A stretch of 64,000 nucleotides of DNA from Candidatus Marinacidobacterales bacterium (GTDB taxonomy: Bacteria; Acidobacteriota; Vicinamibacteria; Marinacidobacterales; DATDRI01), in the NCBI GenBank assembly GCA_965219415.1, contig OZ244742.1:672001-736000 (forward strand), in the 5' to 3' direction. Below are positions 19,672-31,480 of the stretch, piece by piece. The notes under the pieces were generated by a model that saw only the letters and a program-made list of their open reading frames with translations, was not told the DNA's origin and ran no database searches. Made by a program: the position numbers and the translations under genes. Positions within the stretch are counted from its first letter, which is position 1; every line of letters begins with the position of its first letter.

Positions 19672-22600
19672 TCACTGAGTCGTCGCCGGCGGCACCGGAG
19701 AACGACCAGGGGTCCATCGAACTCCCGCCTCATCCAGCTTCCGATTGAACGCCGGTATAGATGCCTTTACCAAACCATCGAGCGTCGCGACCTCCTCCTT
19801 CAGCCGCTGTCCTGTTTCCTCGGTGATGCGAAGCTGGTCGTCGGTGAGCCGCGCGGTGGACATTTCGGCGGAACGGTAGGTCTCTCGGATACGACGGGCG
19901 ATAGGAGGAGCCTTGGGTTGCTCGGCGACATCCCGCCCACCCCGGCCACGCAAGTTTTCCAAGACGCCGTCGACGGTAGACTGAAGTCCGCGAAGCTCCT
20001 CACGCAGTGCCGCCAAAGCGTCGGGGTTGGACGCAAGGGCCTTCTCCGCTTCTTTCAACTGCTCCCGCGCTCGTTCGGCGGTGGCCACCGAACCCCGCGC
20101 CGCCGCATCCATCTCGGCTAGGCGAAGCAACGTGTCGTGCCACTGCCGACGGTCCTCGGTCGAAATCGCGATCGCCGGATCGCCTCGCACGGTCAGGGGC
20201 TGTACCGTCTCCTTGTCGCCCACTCTCAAGCGAGCGCGGTAATCACCTGGAATGACGAAAGCCCCGCGCGGCGGAGGGTGCCAGCTGTTCCGTGCCTCCT
20301 CAACGCTTATGTCATACGGCAGCGGGTGTCGCAGATCCCAAACCAGACGCTGGATACCGGCTCCGGTTCGACCTTGCGGAGCGTCCAACCGGCGAACGAA
20401 GCCACCACCCGCATCGAGGATGTCGACCTCCACACGTACCGTGACGGCTGGATCTCCATCCAGTAACGCGGGGTTGACGTAGTACGTAACGATCGCGCCG
20501 TTCGGTGGATTGGGAGCCGTAAAGTGATCCGACCCGATCGAGCGTTGATTGCGCGCGTAGCTGTGGAGCTCGGTCGCCGGCCGAATCGCTGCAATATGGA
20601 GCTCTTTATCGAAGGCCGGTCCCAGTTCCTCGAGGATTCCAATGTCGTCCATGATCCAAAACCCTCGACCATGGGTCGCGATGACGATATCGTTCTCTCT
20701 AGGGTGGATTAGAAGATCGTAGACGTTCACCGTAGGCAAGTTGTTCTTCAGTTGAACCCATCGACCGCCGCCATCTACCGAGACGAAGACGCCGAACTCG
20801 GTCCCCACGAAGAGGAGACCCGGATTGCGCGGATGCTCGGCGATCGTCCGGGCGTGCCCGAATTCCGGTAAGTTGCCGGTAATGGACTTCCACGTGTGGC
20901 CCAAGTCGGTGCTCTTGACGACGTAGGGCTTGAGGTCGTCGTCGCGATGCGCGTCGATCGTGGCATAGAGAGTTTGCTCATCGTGTTCGGACAACAAAAC
21001 GCGCGTCACCCATGCTTGGTTCGGAACGCCGGGAATGGTCTCGATGCGAAACCAGTTCTCTCCATCATCGCTCGTCACCTGAATCAAGCCGTCGTCGGTG
21101 CCCACCGCGAGCAAGCCCGCCCGAAGCGGCGACTCGGCGATGGTGGAAATGCTTCCGTAATCGGCGGTCCCCGCATGGTAGGCGACTGCATCCTTCGGCC
21201 AAACCCTGCCCATCAGCGGCAGCTCGAGTGGATTCAGTGCGCGAGTCAGATCGGGACCAATAATGTCCCAGCTATCTCCGCGATTCCGGCTTCGAAAGAG
21301 ATAATTCGCGCCGAAGTAAAGCGTACTCCGATCGTGGTGCGAGAGAACGAGCGGCGCCGACCAGTTCCAACGATAGTTCCCTCCCTCTTTGGCTTGCGGC
21401 TGAATGAAGTGCCGCTCTCCGGTTCTTGTATCGAACCGATTGAGAAAACCGTATTGCCACTCGCTGTAGACAATCGTCGGGTCTTCGGGATCGATCTGGA
21501 CGTAGAAGCCATCGCCGCCCGTCGTCAGCGTCCAATCCGCATTGGTGATGCCGTCCGAGTAGCGCGTCCCGCTCGGTCCACCGAAGGTGCCGTTGTCCTG
21601 GAGCCCCCCGTAGACGTAGTAAAAAGGCTCCTGCATATCCACCGCAACGTCGTAGAACTGGGACACGGGAAGATTCCCGATGAAACTCCAACTCTGTCCA
21701 CGGTCGTAGGAGAGGTACACGCCACCATCGCTCCCCGAAATAAGATGATCGGAGTTCGATGGGTTGATCCACATGGTGCGCCAGTCGCCGTGCCCTCCCG
21801 GACCGATCACGTCGGTCCGAAACGTCTCTCCCCCGTCATCCGAGCGAGAAAGCCTCACATGCATCAAGTACAAGCTCTCGGGATTGTTGGGATCGCAATT
21901 CAGCTTCCCGTAGTCGAGTCGAGTGTTCCACTTTCCCGTGCGCCGCTCCCAGCTAGCGCCGCGATCGTCGGAGCGGAAGATCCCTCCCGCCTGGCCCTGC
22001 GCTTCGGCGGCTGCGTAGATCGTGTTGGGTTGGCTTCGACAGATCGAGATCCCGATGCGGCCCATATCCACTTCCGGAAGACCGTTGGTGAGCTCGTCCC
22101 AGGTCTCGCCGCCGTCGGTCGACTTGAAGAGACCGTTCTCCGGACCGCCTCCCACGAAGTTCCAGGCGCGTCGCTCCCGAAGGTACGTCGCCGCGTAGAC
22201 CGTATCGGGGCGCGTGGGATCCAACGCAACCTCCACCACGCCGGTGTGCGGGTTCTTGTAAAGAATCTTGGACCACGACTTTCCGCCGTCGGTGGTCTTG
22301 AACAGCCCTCGTTCCTCGTTGGGACCCCAAAGTGAACCCAGGGCGGCGACGTAGACCGTGTTCTCGTCTTCTGGATGCACGACGATACGACCGATGTACT
22401 GGGTCTCTCGCAGCCCCATGTGATGCCAGGTCTTGCCACCGTCTTCGGACTTGTAGACACCATCACCGTAGGAGGAGACGCGGGCGCTCCACGCTTCGCC
22501 CGTGCCCACCCACACGACGTCCGGATTGGATGGAGCGAGAGCAATGGCGCCCAGGGAAATGCTCCCTTCGCTATCCCAGACCGGCGTCCACGTCGTGCCG

Positions 22601-22848
22601 TTGGTGGTCGTCTTCCAGGCGCCTCCGGTGGCGGTTGCCGCGTAGAAGGTACTCGGTCTCGTCTCGAGCACCGCTAGATCCGTCACACGGCCGCTCGGCC
22701 GGGCGGGGCCAATGTTCCTCCAGTGAAGGTTGGAAAGATCGGCACTCTCCACCTGCCGCGTGTCGCTTTGTGCAGACGCAGGGTGCGTGCCGGCGCCGGT
22801 AACCAAGAAGACAGCCAAAAAGACAAATAGCAAAATAATCCTCATCAT
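19672..22848 (-). CDS. Secreted VPS10/BNR-repeat glycosyl hydrolase-like protein
   Basis: Signal peptide MMRIILL, WRNIGPA...SGRV, many S/TxDGGxTW repeats; start reassigned from 23460. Confidence 0.88.
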   Translation of the reverse strand: MMRIILLFVFLAVFLVTGAGTHPASAQSDTRQVESADLSNLHWRNIGPARPSGRVTDLAVLETRPSTFYAATATGGAWKTTTNGTTWTPVWDSEGSISLGAIALAPSNPDVVWVGTGEAWSARVSSYGDGVYKSEDGGKTWHHMGLRETQYIGRIVVHPEDENTVYVAALGSLWGPNEERGLFKTTDGGKSWSKILYKNPHTGVVEVALDPTRPDTVYAATYLRERRAWNFVGGGPENGLFKSTDGGETWDELTNGLPEVDMGRIGISICRSQPNTIYAAAEAQGQAGGIFRSDDRGASWERRTGKWNTRLDYGKLNCDPNNPESLYLMHVRLSRSDDGGETFRTDVIGPGGHGDWRTMWINPSNSDHLISGSDGGVYLSYDRGQSWSFIGNLPVSQFYDVAVDMQEPFYYVYGGLQDNGTFGGPSGTRYSDGITNADWTLTTGGDGFYVQIDPEDPTIVYSEWQYGFLNRFDTRTGERHFIQPQAKEGGNYRWNWSAPLVLSHHDRSTLYFGANYLFRSRNRGDSWDIIGPDLTRALNPLELPLMGRVWPKDAVAYHAGTADYGSISTIAESPLRAGLLAVGTDDGLIQVTSDDGENWFRIETIPGVPNQAWVTRVLLSEHDEQTLYATIDAHRDDDLKPYVVKSTDLGHTWKSITGNLPEFGHARTIAEHPRNPGLLFVGTEFGVFVSVDGGGRWVQLKNNLPTVNVYDLLIHPRENDIVIATHGRGFWIMDDIGILEELGPAFDKELHIAAIRPATELHSYARNQRSIGSDHFTAPNPPNGAIVTYYVNPALLDGDPAVTVRVEVDILDAGGGFVRRLDAPQGRTGAGIQRLVWDLRHPLPYDISVEEARNSWHPPPRGAFVIPGDYRARLRVGDKETVQPLTVRGDPAIAISTEDRRQWHDTLLRLAEMDAAARGSVATAERAREQLKEAEKALASNPDALAALREELRGLQSTVDGVLENLRGRGGRDVAEQPKAPPIARRIRETYRSAEMSTARLTDDQLRITEETGQRLKEEVATLDGLVKASIPAFNRKLDEAGVRWTPGRSPVPPATTQ

Positions 22849-22895
22849 CCTGCAAACCTCCTGACATTTGGTAACTCTTTGGTGCGGGCTCGAGC

Positions 22896-23357
22896 TCAGT
22901 TTGCCGCCGCAATTCTCTGGCGAAGTAAAATCCAGCATCCCAGCCCCATCATAGGCAACCCCAGTCCGCCAACAACGAGCGCGGCGAGCCACCAGGGTTG
23001 GGCCAATTGCCGGGGGAGGGCAGCACGCAAGGGGTCTTGCGGATCGTAGACGAGCTCGATGACATCGCCCACCTCTAGCGTCTCGAAGTGATGCGGATCC
23101 TTCGCCTCGGTCACGTGCTCGTACTCGTCTCCATAGGGCCCAGTGAATACGACGCGCAGTTTGTAATGCAGATGACCGCGTCCTCCGGTGTTGTCTCGGC
23201 TCGTATACTTCTCGACCAAGCTCGCCTGCGTAAGGACACCTCGCACTTGAAGCTCGTTCGTACCGAGGCCCCCCAGGATACCGATGGCGACGAATGGCAT
23301 CCCGGCGAACAAGAGTATCTTCCCGCGGGTAGACGGCTTTACGCCTTTGCTCCACAT
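22896..23357 (-). CDS. DUF3592-like membrane protein
   Basis: Two TM helices flanking VGDVIELVYDPQDP. Confidence 0.7.
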   Translation of the reverse strand: MWSKGVKPSTRGKILLFAGMPFVAIGILGGLGTNELQVRGVLTQASLVEKYTSRDNTGGRGHLHYKLRVVFTGPYGDEYEHVTEAKDPHHFETLEVGDVIELVYDPQDPLRAALPRQLAQPWWLAALVVGGLGLPMMGLGCWILLRQRIAAAN

Positions 23358-23372
23358 GGCGAGGGCACCTCT

Positions 23373-26338
23373 CTACTCCGCCAAATACGCTCTGGCTTCC
23401 TGAAGCTCGGGAAGACCGGGATCGGCATCTTTCCAGAAATCGAGAAAGTGCGATACTCACCGCGCGCCGCTTCTTTCTGCCCCATTTGATCGGGCAGTCG
23501 GGCAGACTCTAATACGTATCGTGGCTCGAAGAGCGCGGTGTACTTTGCTTCGAGGCCTGAGGCTTCGATAAATCTCGAGTGCGCCTTCGAAATCCCCGCG
23601 AGCTCTTTTCACCCGGGCCAAGCCATCCGTGCCAACCTGATTGAAAAATACGGTAAGACCAAATTGCGTCATTGTGAAGTGCGCCTTACGCTCCGGTTCC
23701 GCGGCTAGAAACGCCGCCTCCGCGCCGTCCAGGTCTCCCGCCGCAAGCGCGATGTCCCCCTCCAAGTTTCGATGAAACCAACGGTGCCGCAAATCCTCAT
23801 CAAATCGATGGCTCACCTCGGCCTGGGCCGCGAGCCGTTCCCTGGCGGCCTCGAGATCCCCGGCGCCCAGGTGCGCCCGTCCCGCTAGCCAAAGTGAGAA
23901 GAGTTGGAACTCTTGGCCCAAGTTGGGTGGGCTAACACGCTCGGCGAGCGGCAGTGAACGTAGAGCCCTCTCGAGGGTTTCGGCGTAGTCCCCTTGCTCT
24001 AGCGCCAGCAGCGCGCGGAATTGGCGCGCTTCCAGCTGATCCTGTTCCTGGCCGAAGCTGGTTGTCAGATCGATGGCCTGCAAAAGGTGACGATCGGCCT
24101 CCCGGTAGCGTCCGACGCGAGAGAGGAATACGCTTGATTCAATAAGAGAGAACGTTTCCTCCAGAGTTCCGGCCGTCATTTCTCTCGCTGCAACCAATTC
24201 CGCGAGGGCTAAGTCGTATCGCCCGGCCATCCCATGCGCCCACGCTGCGTGCCAGTGAGCGGGGAAGAAATCCGAATCCAGTTCGAGCGCACGGTCGATT
24301 CGCACCAGCGCCTCATCCGTTTGCCCTATAGAGAGGTAGAACGCGCCCAAGACGTTGTAAGGGCCGGGGCTCTCGGGCGTGAGCTGAATGCGAGCCTCCA
24401 TCTCACGAATCCCATCCTCGTAGCGGCCTGCGGCCATCAGCTGACCCGCATACTGGCCCCGCAGATAGCGCGAGCGCGGCAAAGCCGCGAGTCCTCGCTC
24501 CAGGACATCGATCGATTTGTCCAACCGGCCGAGCTCGTACTCGTAGATGCGATTGAGACGACTGTATACATACTCTTCGTCGGGGTACTGAGCCAAGAGT
24601 TTCTCGAACAGCCGTGCCGCTTCCTCCGGTTTCGGATCGGCGTCCCACAGCCAAAACGCCAGGGCTTGAACCATGAGGCGATGCCTTTCGGGAAGGCGGT
24701 GGGAATTATCGAGCACCTTACGGCGGTACTCGTCGCTCAGTGCAAATCGCCCTTGCGTCCGCGCCATCTGGGACATGTAGAAGTAGGCCATGGCGAACGA
24801 AGGATCTATCTCGATCGCCTTCTCGAAAAGCGGCCAGGCTTTGTGCCACTCCAGAACGCCAAACGCTTCCAACCCCTCGCTGTAGTACCGGTAGGCTTCG
24901 AGCGACGAAGTCGTTACCTCCGCAATGGGTCGAGCGACAGCGGCGTCCGTCACCTTGAGGCTCGCCCTGATGGCGTCGGCTAGCTGGTCTACTAAAGGAA
25001 ACACGTCGCTTCCCTGTGCGCTCTCCGCCGAGAGGATCCGCCCACTCCCGACGTCTTCGACTTTCACGTCGATGCGAATGTCGGAGCCGGACTTGAAGAT
25101 GCTACCCACCACCACCGCTCCCGAGCCCGCCCGGCGAGCGATTTCAGCTATCAGGCTCTGATCGATGACGTCGACGTTCTCTTGTCCCAGCTCCCCGAGG
25201 ATCTCATTGAGGCGCGCGCTGCTTACCACGTCGAGGCCCGGTGTTTGGGCCAAGTCGGTCAGCAACATGCTGGGGGCTCCCTTCGAGAGCCAGCGAATCT
25301 CCTCATCGCCACTGAGGTTCTCGAAGTACATCACCGCCACGGCGGGTCGACCGGATTCGCCAATGCCCGGCGGCGAGCGATCACGGCTGGTCAGATAGAT
25401 GCCGCCGACGACTGCAATGACTGAGGCCGCGACAAGAGCCGTCCTGCCCCACGCCCACGACGTCAGACCAGGTGTCACGGACACGGATCCGCTTTCGACA
25501 AGAGTTCGAACGCTTTGTAGTTCGACTCGCATCTCCTCGATGCTCTGGTATCGCTCGTCTGGAGCCTTGGCCAAAGCGTGATCCACAATCGGCTGCAGAG
25601 CGCCCGGCACTTCGCCTGTTGGAAGAGGCGGCGTCGGTTCCCGAGCGATGGCGTTCCATGTGTCGAGGAGGCTATTTCGAGTGAACGGGATTCGAGCCCG
25701 ACAGAAGCTCGTGGAGGACGATCCCGAAGCTGAAAATATCGGTCCGATGATCGACTTTCTGGGCGCGTGCTTGCTCGGGCGACATGTAGGAGACCGTTCC
25801 CAACACCTTGCCGGCCTCGGTGTGTTCCTGAACCGCGGTCGCCGCCTCACTCTCCTCACCTTTAACGGGCTCGACGAGCTTCGCGGGACCGAAGTCGATA
25901 ATCTTGGCGTGTCCGTCGTCGGCCAACATGATGTTGGCGGGCTTGAGATCCCGGGGCGATGCCCTTCTCGTGTGCGCGAGCCAGCCCGTCGGCCACCTCG
26001 GTCGCAAGCTGAAGCGCCTGCGTCAGCGGCAGTCTGCTCCGCTTGAGTCGATCGCTGAGCGGTTCCCCCTCCACCAGCTCCATCGCGATAAACGTGACAT
26101 CCTCGACCTCATCGATCTCGTGAATGACGGCAATGTGTGGATGGTGGAGCGCCGCCGCGGACTGCGCCTCTCGGACGAAGCGGCGCTTGCGATCGGGGTC
26201 GGCGACGAGCTCCGGGGGCAATACCTTGAGGGCCACCTCCCGGTTAAGCTTGATATCGACGGCACGGTAGACGATCCCCATCCCGCCGCGACTAATTTCT
26301 TCCGTGATTTTGTAGTGAGAGAGGGTCCGGCCGATCAT
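23373..26338 (-). CDS. Ser/Thr protein kinase with TM helix, TolB-N-like domain and TPR repeats; frameshifted
   Basis: GGMGIVY, VALKVL, RDLKPANI, KIIDFG, YMSPEQ, DIFSFG, AVMYFEN, C-terminal WKDADP; spread over several frames. Confidence 0.85.
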
Positions 26339-26359
26339 GTGGCTCCGATGGTGAGGATT

Positions 26360-27221
26360 CTACTTTGAAGATCGGCGCATCTTCAACTTGGCCGGCGGCA
26401 AATCACGTAGTCGCCGGGAGGCTCGGTGAATGGAATCGCCAACATTTCTGGGCAGTTTCTGCCTGCCCAATCCCTGCACATGCGACAGACCAATCGTCAT
26501 GCCCTCATGGCCTTCGACGGGTTGAGCGGTATAGGTGCCCAAGAGTCGGTCCCACCAGGGGAGGTTGAAGCCAAAATTGCTACTCGTTTCTTCACGGATG
26601 ACCGAGTGATGGACTCGATGCATGTCCGGGGTGACCACCAGCACCCTGAGTATCCGGTCGAGGCCGATCGGCATGCGGACATTGCTGTGGTTGAACATCG
26701 CGGTCGCGTTGAGCACGATCTCGAAAATTAGCACCCCCAGAACCGGCGGCCCCAAGGCGGCGACAGCTGCGAATTTGATCAGCATCGAGAGGAAGACCTC
26801 GATGGGGTGGAAACGCGAGCCGGTCGTCACATCGAAATCTACGTCGGCGTGGTGCGTCATGTGGAGCTTCCACAGAGCGGGGATGGCGTGGAAGAGAACG
26901 TGCTGTGCATAGATGACGAAGTCGAGAAAAACGACCGACAGGACAACGGAAAGGATAAACGGCGCTTCCAGGTTGTTGAAGAGGCCCCATCCGCGCTGGC
27001 TCGCCAACCAAGCCAGGCCCGCCGCCCCGATCGGCAGAACGAGCCGTAGTAGAACTGCGTTGAGGAGAACGATGCCGATGTTGCTGAACCATCGCACTGG
27101 CTTGGAGTCCGTCAGGGGGCGCCGGGGTGCCGCGATTTCCCACAGCGCCATAGAGAAGAGCGTTGTAAATAAAAACGCCAGCGCGGATGGCCAGCTCGTT
27201 GTGCAGGATCCATTCGCTCAT
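26360..27221 (-). CDS. Sterol desaturase/fatty acid hydroxylase family protein; frameshifted
   Basis: His boxes HVLFH, HMTHH, FNHSN, HRVHH. Confidence 0.88.
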
Positions 27222-27251
27222 GATTCCCTCCAATGGGAGCCTGGCCGCGTC

Positions 27252-29134
27252 CTAGGATACCCCAGCCGCATCCGTTTCCGGGCCCGCCTGCTCGGGCACC
27301 ACGCCGAACCACAGCGAAAACTCCAGCATGAGCCTCTCGACCACATTCATTTCACCAAGCCGTTCGAGCACCTCTCGTGCCAGAGCCGGCTCGTCGGTGA
27401 TGATGCCATCCACCCCACGGCCCACCATCGTAGCCATCTGGATGGGATCGTTGACCGTCCACACGAAGACGTCTTTCTCCCGAGCATGCGCCGATTTGAC
27501 GAAGCCGACGGTCGCCAGCGAGGCGTGAACCGCGAGAAAGTCCGCTTCCAGTCGTGTAAGGTCTCCCACCGCTTTAGCGGTCAACAGCCCGATGGTCCAG
27601 TCCGGCCTCAGTTTGCGCACCTTCTGGATCGCATCGTACTTCAAGGACATCACGACAATTTGCGATTCCATTCCCGTCCGCACAACGATCTCCACCACCC
27701 GTTCCTCGAGACGCTCGTCGTGCCCGTAGTACTTGAGCTCGATATCAACGTGAGCTCTCCCCTTGCAAAGCTCCAACACCTGCTGGAGGCTAGGGACTCG
27801 CTCATCGCCGAACTCCGGCGCGAACCAGCTCCCCACATCGATGTCTTGAAATTGTTGATAAGTGGCGTCCCAGATAGCCAGATTCACGCCACCGATCTTC
27901 ATGAGATCGCTGTCGTGGATGACGAACGACTTCCCCGTCGGCGGTCTCCTGGACGTCTATCTCGATCAGATCCACGCCATCGATGATCGCTCGCTCCACC
28001 GAGGCCAACGTGTTCTCAGGCGCCGCGCCGGCCGCTCCGCGGTGCGCGATCACCAGCACGTCGGTGTCCCATCGTACGCTATCTACCAAGTAGCCACCTA
28101 CGAGCCCGGCGACGATCGCCGCGACGGCCAAGCCCGCGAGGAGAACCTTCTTCGAGACTCGCCATTCGCGTCGGCTTCCCAGGGGGTCGGCCCCTTCCCA
28201 GTCGATGCTCTTCCCCCTTTCCTCTCCGAGACCCTCGTACAGGCGAACCACCAAGAGGGCGAAAGCGCACGCCGCCGCCAAGCTAGTGACGAGATTCGCC
28301 CCGTAAATCAGCGCAAGAACCCCTCCCATGGCGAGAATCAGAAGCGGCATCGAGCCCGACACGGTCGGCACGACAAGACGTCCCACCCAACCTACGACTC
28401 CCAGCACGAGAGCAGAGAGGAGAATCGATCCCAACCCCCATCCCACCAGCATCCATGTGATCGTCCACCGATGGCCGGTGACCCGTTCGCGGCTGGTCGA
28501 CAGAGCCTGCCGTGCGGTGACCTTCTCGACGAGAAGAAGCGGCAGAGCAAAAGCCCAACCGATGAGGCGGGGCACGAGTACCGCCGCCAATATCAGCACG
28601 ATCACGCCGATCAAAATGGCCGCGGCCCAAAAGGCCGGAGGCCTCTTGGTTAGGTAGTAGTTGATATCGAAATCCGTGAGCAGCGTTAGATAGACGAGCC
28701 CCACCGCGAGGAGGAACGGCGCAGAGATAAGCAGAGTCTTGGCGACGATGCGAGCGGTGAGGTCCAGAACCCCTGGAGCGTGTCGTGCACCATAGCGAAG
28801 TGCGTCGGAATACCGAATCCGTTTATTGTGAACGGCGCCGAAACCGATCGTCATCAGGCACGCCTGTTCCAAGGCGATGATCGCAAGGCTCACCGCTCCG
28901 ACGACGATTAGTGTCACCACACCGATGGGGCTCAAGACGAAGAAAAGGATGTCGGTATCGGCCAGCACGGAGCTCCCCGACGTGCTGACTAGGAGACGAA
29001 GCGCGAGCCCGACCAGCGGGGTTAGGACGACGAAAGCCAGGACCTTGTACAGGACGTCGGTGGCGATGAGTGCGGGCCAGGTGCGCCGGAAATCGCTCTA
29101 CGCTCCGGCAACGAGCGGTCTTATCCTCTTTCAC
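27252..29134 (-). CDS. Glycerophosphodiester phosphodiesterase with N-terminal membrane domain; frameshifted
   Basis: IAHRG, PENT, EIDVQ, IELK, WTVND, GIITD. Confidence 0.85.
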
Positions 29135-30673
29135 TCCGGGGCCGGTCCAGGAAAGCGCTCTTTCAACGAGTGCTTTTTAATCTTCCCGGTCGGGGTCCGG
29201 GGGATCTCGTCGGTGAGCTCGAGGATTCGGGGTATCTTGTAGCCGGCCAGTTTCTCACGGCAGTATTCCACGATTTCTACGGCGGTGATTTCCATTCCTT
29301 TCTCGGCGACGACGATGGCCGCCGCCGACTCACCCCACTTGGTGGAGGGCTGTCCGATGACCGCGACGTCCTTGATCTTGGGATGAGCGAGCAGGAGGTT
29401 CTCGATCTCCACCGGATAGATGTTCTCGCCTCCCGAGACGATCATGTCTTTCTTGCGATCCCGGACGTAGAGACAGCCGTCATCGTCGAGCGTCCCGATG
29501 TCACTCGTGTAGAGCCACCCGTCTCGCAGGACCTCCGACGTGGCCTGCGGCCGATTCCAGTAGCCGGTCATCACGTGGCCGGCACGGACGATGATTTCCC
29601 CCGGCTCGTTGACGGGGACAGCCCTCCCCTCCCCGTCGACAACCCGTACGTCGGTGTGGAAGCATGCCTTGCCTGCGGAATCGGGTTTTGCCCGCCGCCT
29701 CCTCGGCGCTGATCACCGTTCCCGGGGCACAGGACTCGGTAAGCCCATAGTCTTGGAGCATGTCGATGCCGAGCTCGGCATAACGCTCGATGAGCCAACG
29801 AGGCACCGGCCCCGCACCCACGATGCTCCAGCGTAGCGTCGACAGATCGTGTTTATGGATCCCCGGGTGCTGCAACATGAGATGGAACATGGTCGGCACC
29901 GCCAGCGTGGTGGTGATCTTTTCTTGCTCGACGAGCTCGAAGACCCGGCCCGGCTCGAAGGCCCGCATCATGACCACCGTACCACCGCGGTGTGTGAGCA
30001 TCGCTAGGGGCAGAAGCACTCCGACATGAAAGGGTGGCAAGAAAAGCAGGAAACGATCGAGCGCTCGAACATCAAGAGTCATGATCCAAGTGAGAGACGC
30101 CCACATCACCGAGTTGTGAGTATGCATGGCGCCTTTTGGAAGGCCGGTGGTTCCTGAGGTGTAGACGATGAGAAAAAGGTCCTCGCCTCTCGCGGCAATT
30201 CGCGGTTCTTCACTGGAGGCTTGCTCCACCAGAGCATCGTAGCGCTCAGCGAACTCCACGCTCGGTGTGTCGCCGTCCACCTCTATCCAACGCTCGATAC
30301 TGGTGTGTCTGGCGTGAAGGGACTCAACGGCCGGAGCGAACTCGGCGTCGAAGATGAGTACCGATGCTTCGGAATCTTTCAAGATGAACTCGAGCTCATC
30401 GGGAACCAAACGTGAATTGAGGGGAACCATCACGCCGCCGATCTTCCCCACCGCGAAGAATCCCTCGACGAGCTCGGCGCTATTGCGCAGCAGAAACGCG
30501 ACGCGGTCGCCCTTACGAACACCCTTGTCCAACAAAGCATTGGCGATGCGGTTCGCTCTCTCGTTCAGAGCACGATAAGTGAAACGACGCCCGGCCTCGG
30601 CTTCGACCAACGCCTCGAGGTCCGGGTTCAGATGGGCTCGTTTCGCCAGGAAGAGGCCGATGTTGTTACGCAT
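29131..30673 (-). CDS. Acyl-CoA synthetase (AMP-forming); one frameshift
   Basis: YTSGTTGLPKG, YGLTE, DRKKDMIVSGGENIYP, TGKI. Confidence 0.9.
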
Positions 30674-30694
30674 AAGGGCGGGATGGCCGCGACG

Positions 30695-31480
30695 TCAGCG
30701 GCCTTTGAATCGGGGGGGCCGTTTCTCCGCGAACGCCCGGGGGCCTTCGCGGAAGTCCTCGGATTGCATCATCTGTTGGTAGGCATCGAGGTCGCCACTC
30801 TTGATGAGCTCGAACGCCTCGCGGACGCTGACATGCTCGGTAGCACGCAAGACTTCTTTTAACGCCGCGATGGAAAGAGGCGCGCGAGCCGCCAGGTGGT
30901 CGGCTAGCTCCCGCGCCCGGTCCATGAGCTTGGGACCCGGCAGCACCTCGCTTACCAGGCCGTAGTGCGCCGCCTCCTTGGCACTCATACGCCGGCCGGT
31001 CAACAAAAGGTCCATCGCGACAGAGTATGGAAGTCGGTGAGGAAGACGCTGCACGCCGCCCGCATCCGCCATGTTCCCTAGCCCCGTCTCGGGAAGGAAA
31101 AATTCGGCGTGTTCTGCGGCTAGAATCAGATCGCACGCGAGCGCCAGCTCGAAGCCGGCGCCGACTGTCATACCGTTGACGGCGGCGATGACTGGCTTGT
31201 TGAGGTCCCAAAGCTCGGTCAGGCCGGCGAAACCACCCGGCCCGTAGTCCTGGCCGTCTTCATCGCCACGCGCCGCCGACTTCAAGTCCCAACCGGCAGA
31301 GAAAAACTTCTCACCGGCGCCGGTAACAATCGCGACGCGTAGCTTCTCGTTATCTCGAAACGCGACGAAGGCGTCGCTCATCACCCGGCTCGTCGCCGAG
31401 TCGATGGCGTTCGCCTTGGGACGATCCAGCGTGATCTCGAGCACCGCCCCGTGCTCGACAACCTTGATGGGACCGGGCAT
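30695..31480 (-). CDS. Enoyl-CoA hydratase, carnitinyl-CoA dehydratase (CaiD)-like
   Basis: LDRPKANAID, FFSAGWDLK, DYGPGGFAGLTE. Confidence 0.85.
   Translation of the reverse strand: MPGPIKVVEHGAVLEITLDRPKANAIDSATSRVMSDAFVAFRDNEKLRVAIVTGAGEKFFSAGWDLKSAARGDEDGQDYGPGGFAGLTELWDLNKPVIAAVNGMTVGAGFELALACDLILAAEHAEFFLPETGLGNMADAGGVQRLPHRLPYSVAMDLLLTGRRMSAKEAAHYGLVSEVLPGPKLMDRARELADHLAARAPLSIAALKEVLRATEHVSVREAFELIKSGDLDAYQQMMQSEDFREGPRAFAEKRPPRFKGR

Noticed and set aside
22849-23460. N-terminal extension of the 1262-aa ORF
   Set aside because: It overlaps the DUF3592-like gene and the kinase end; the signal peptide and RBS place the start at 22848
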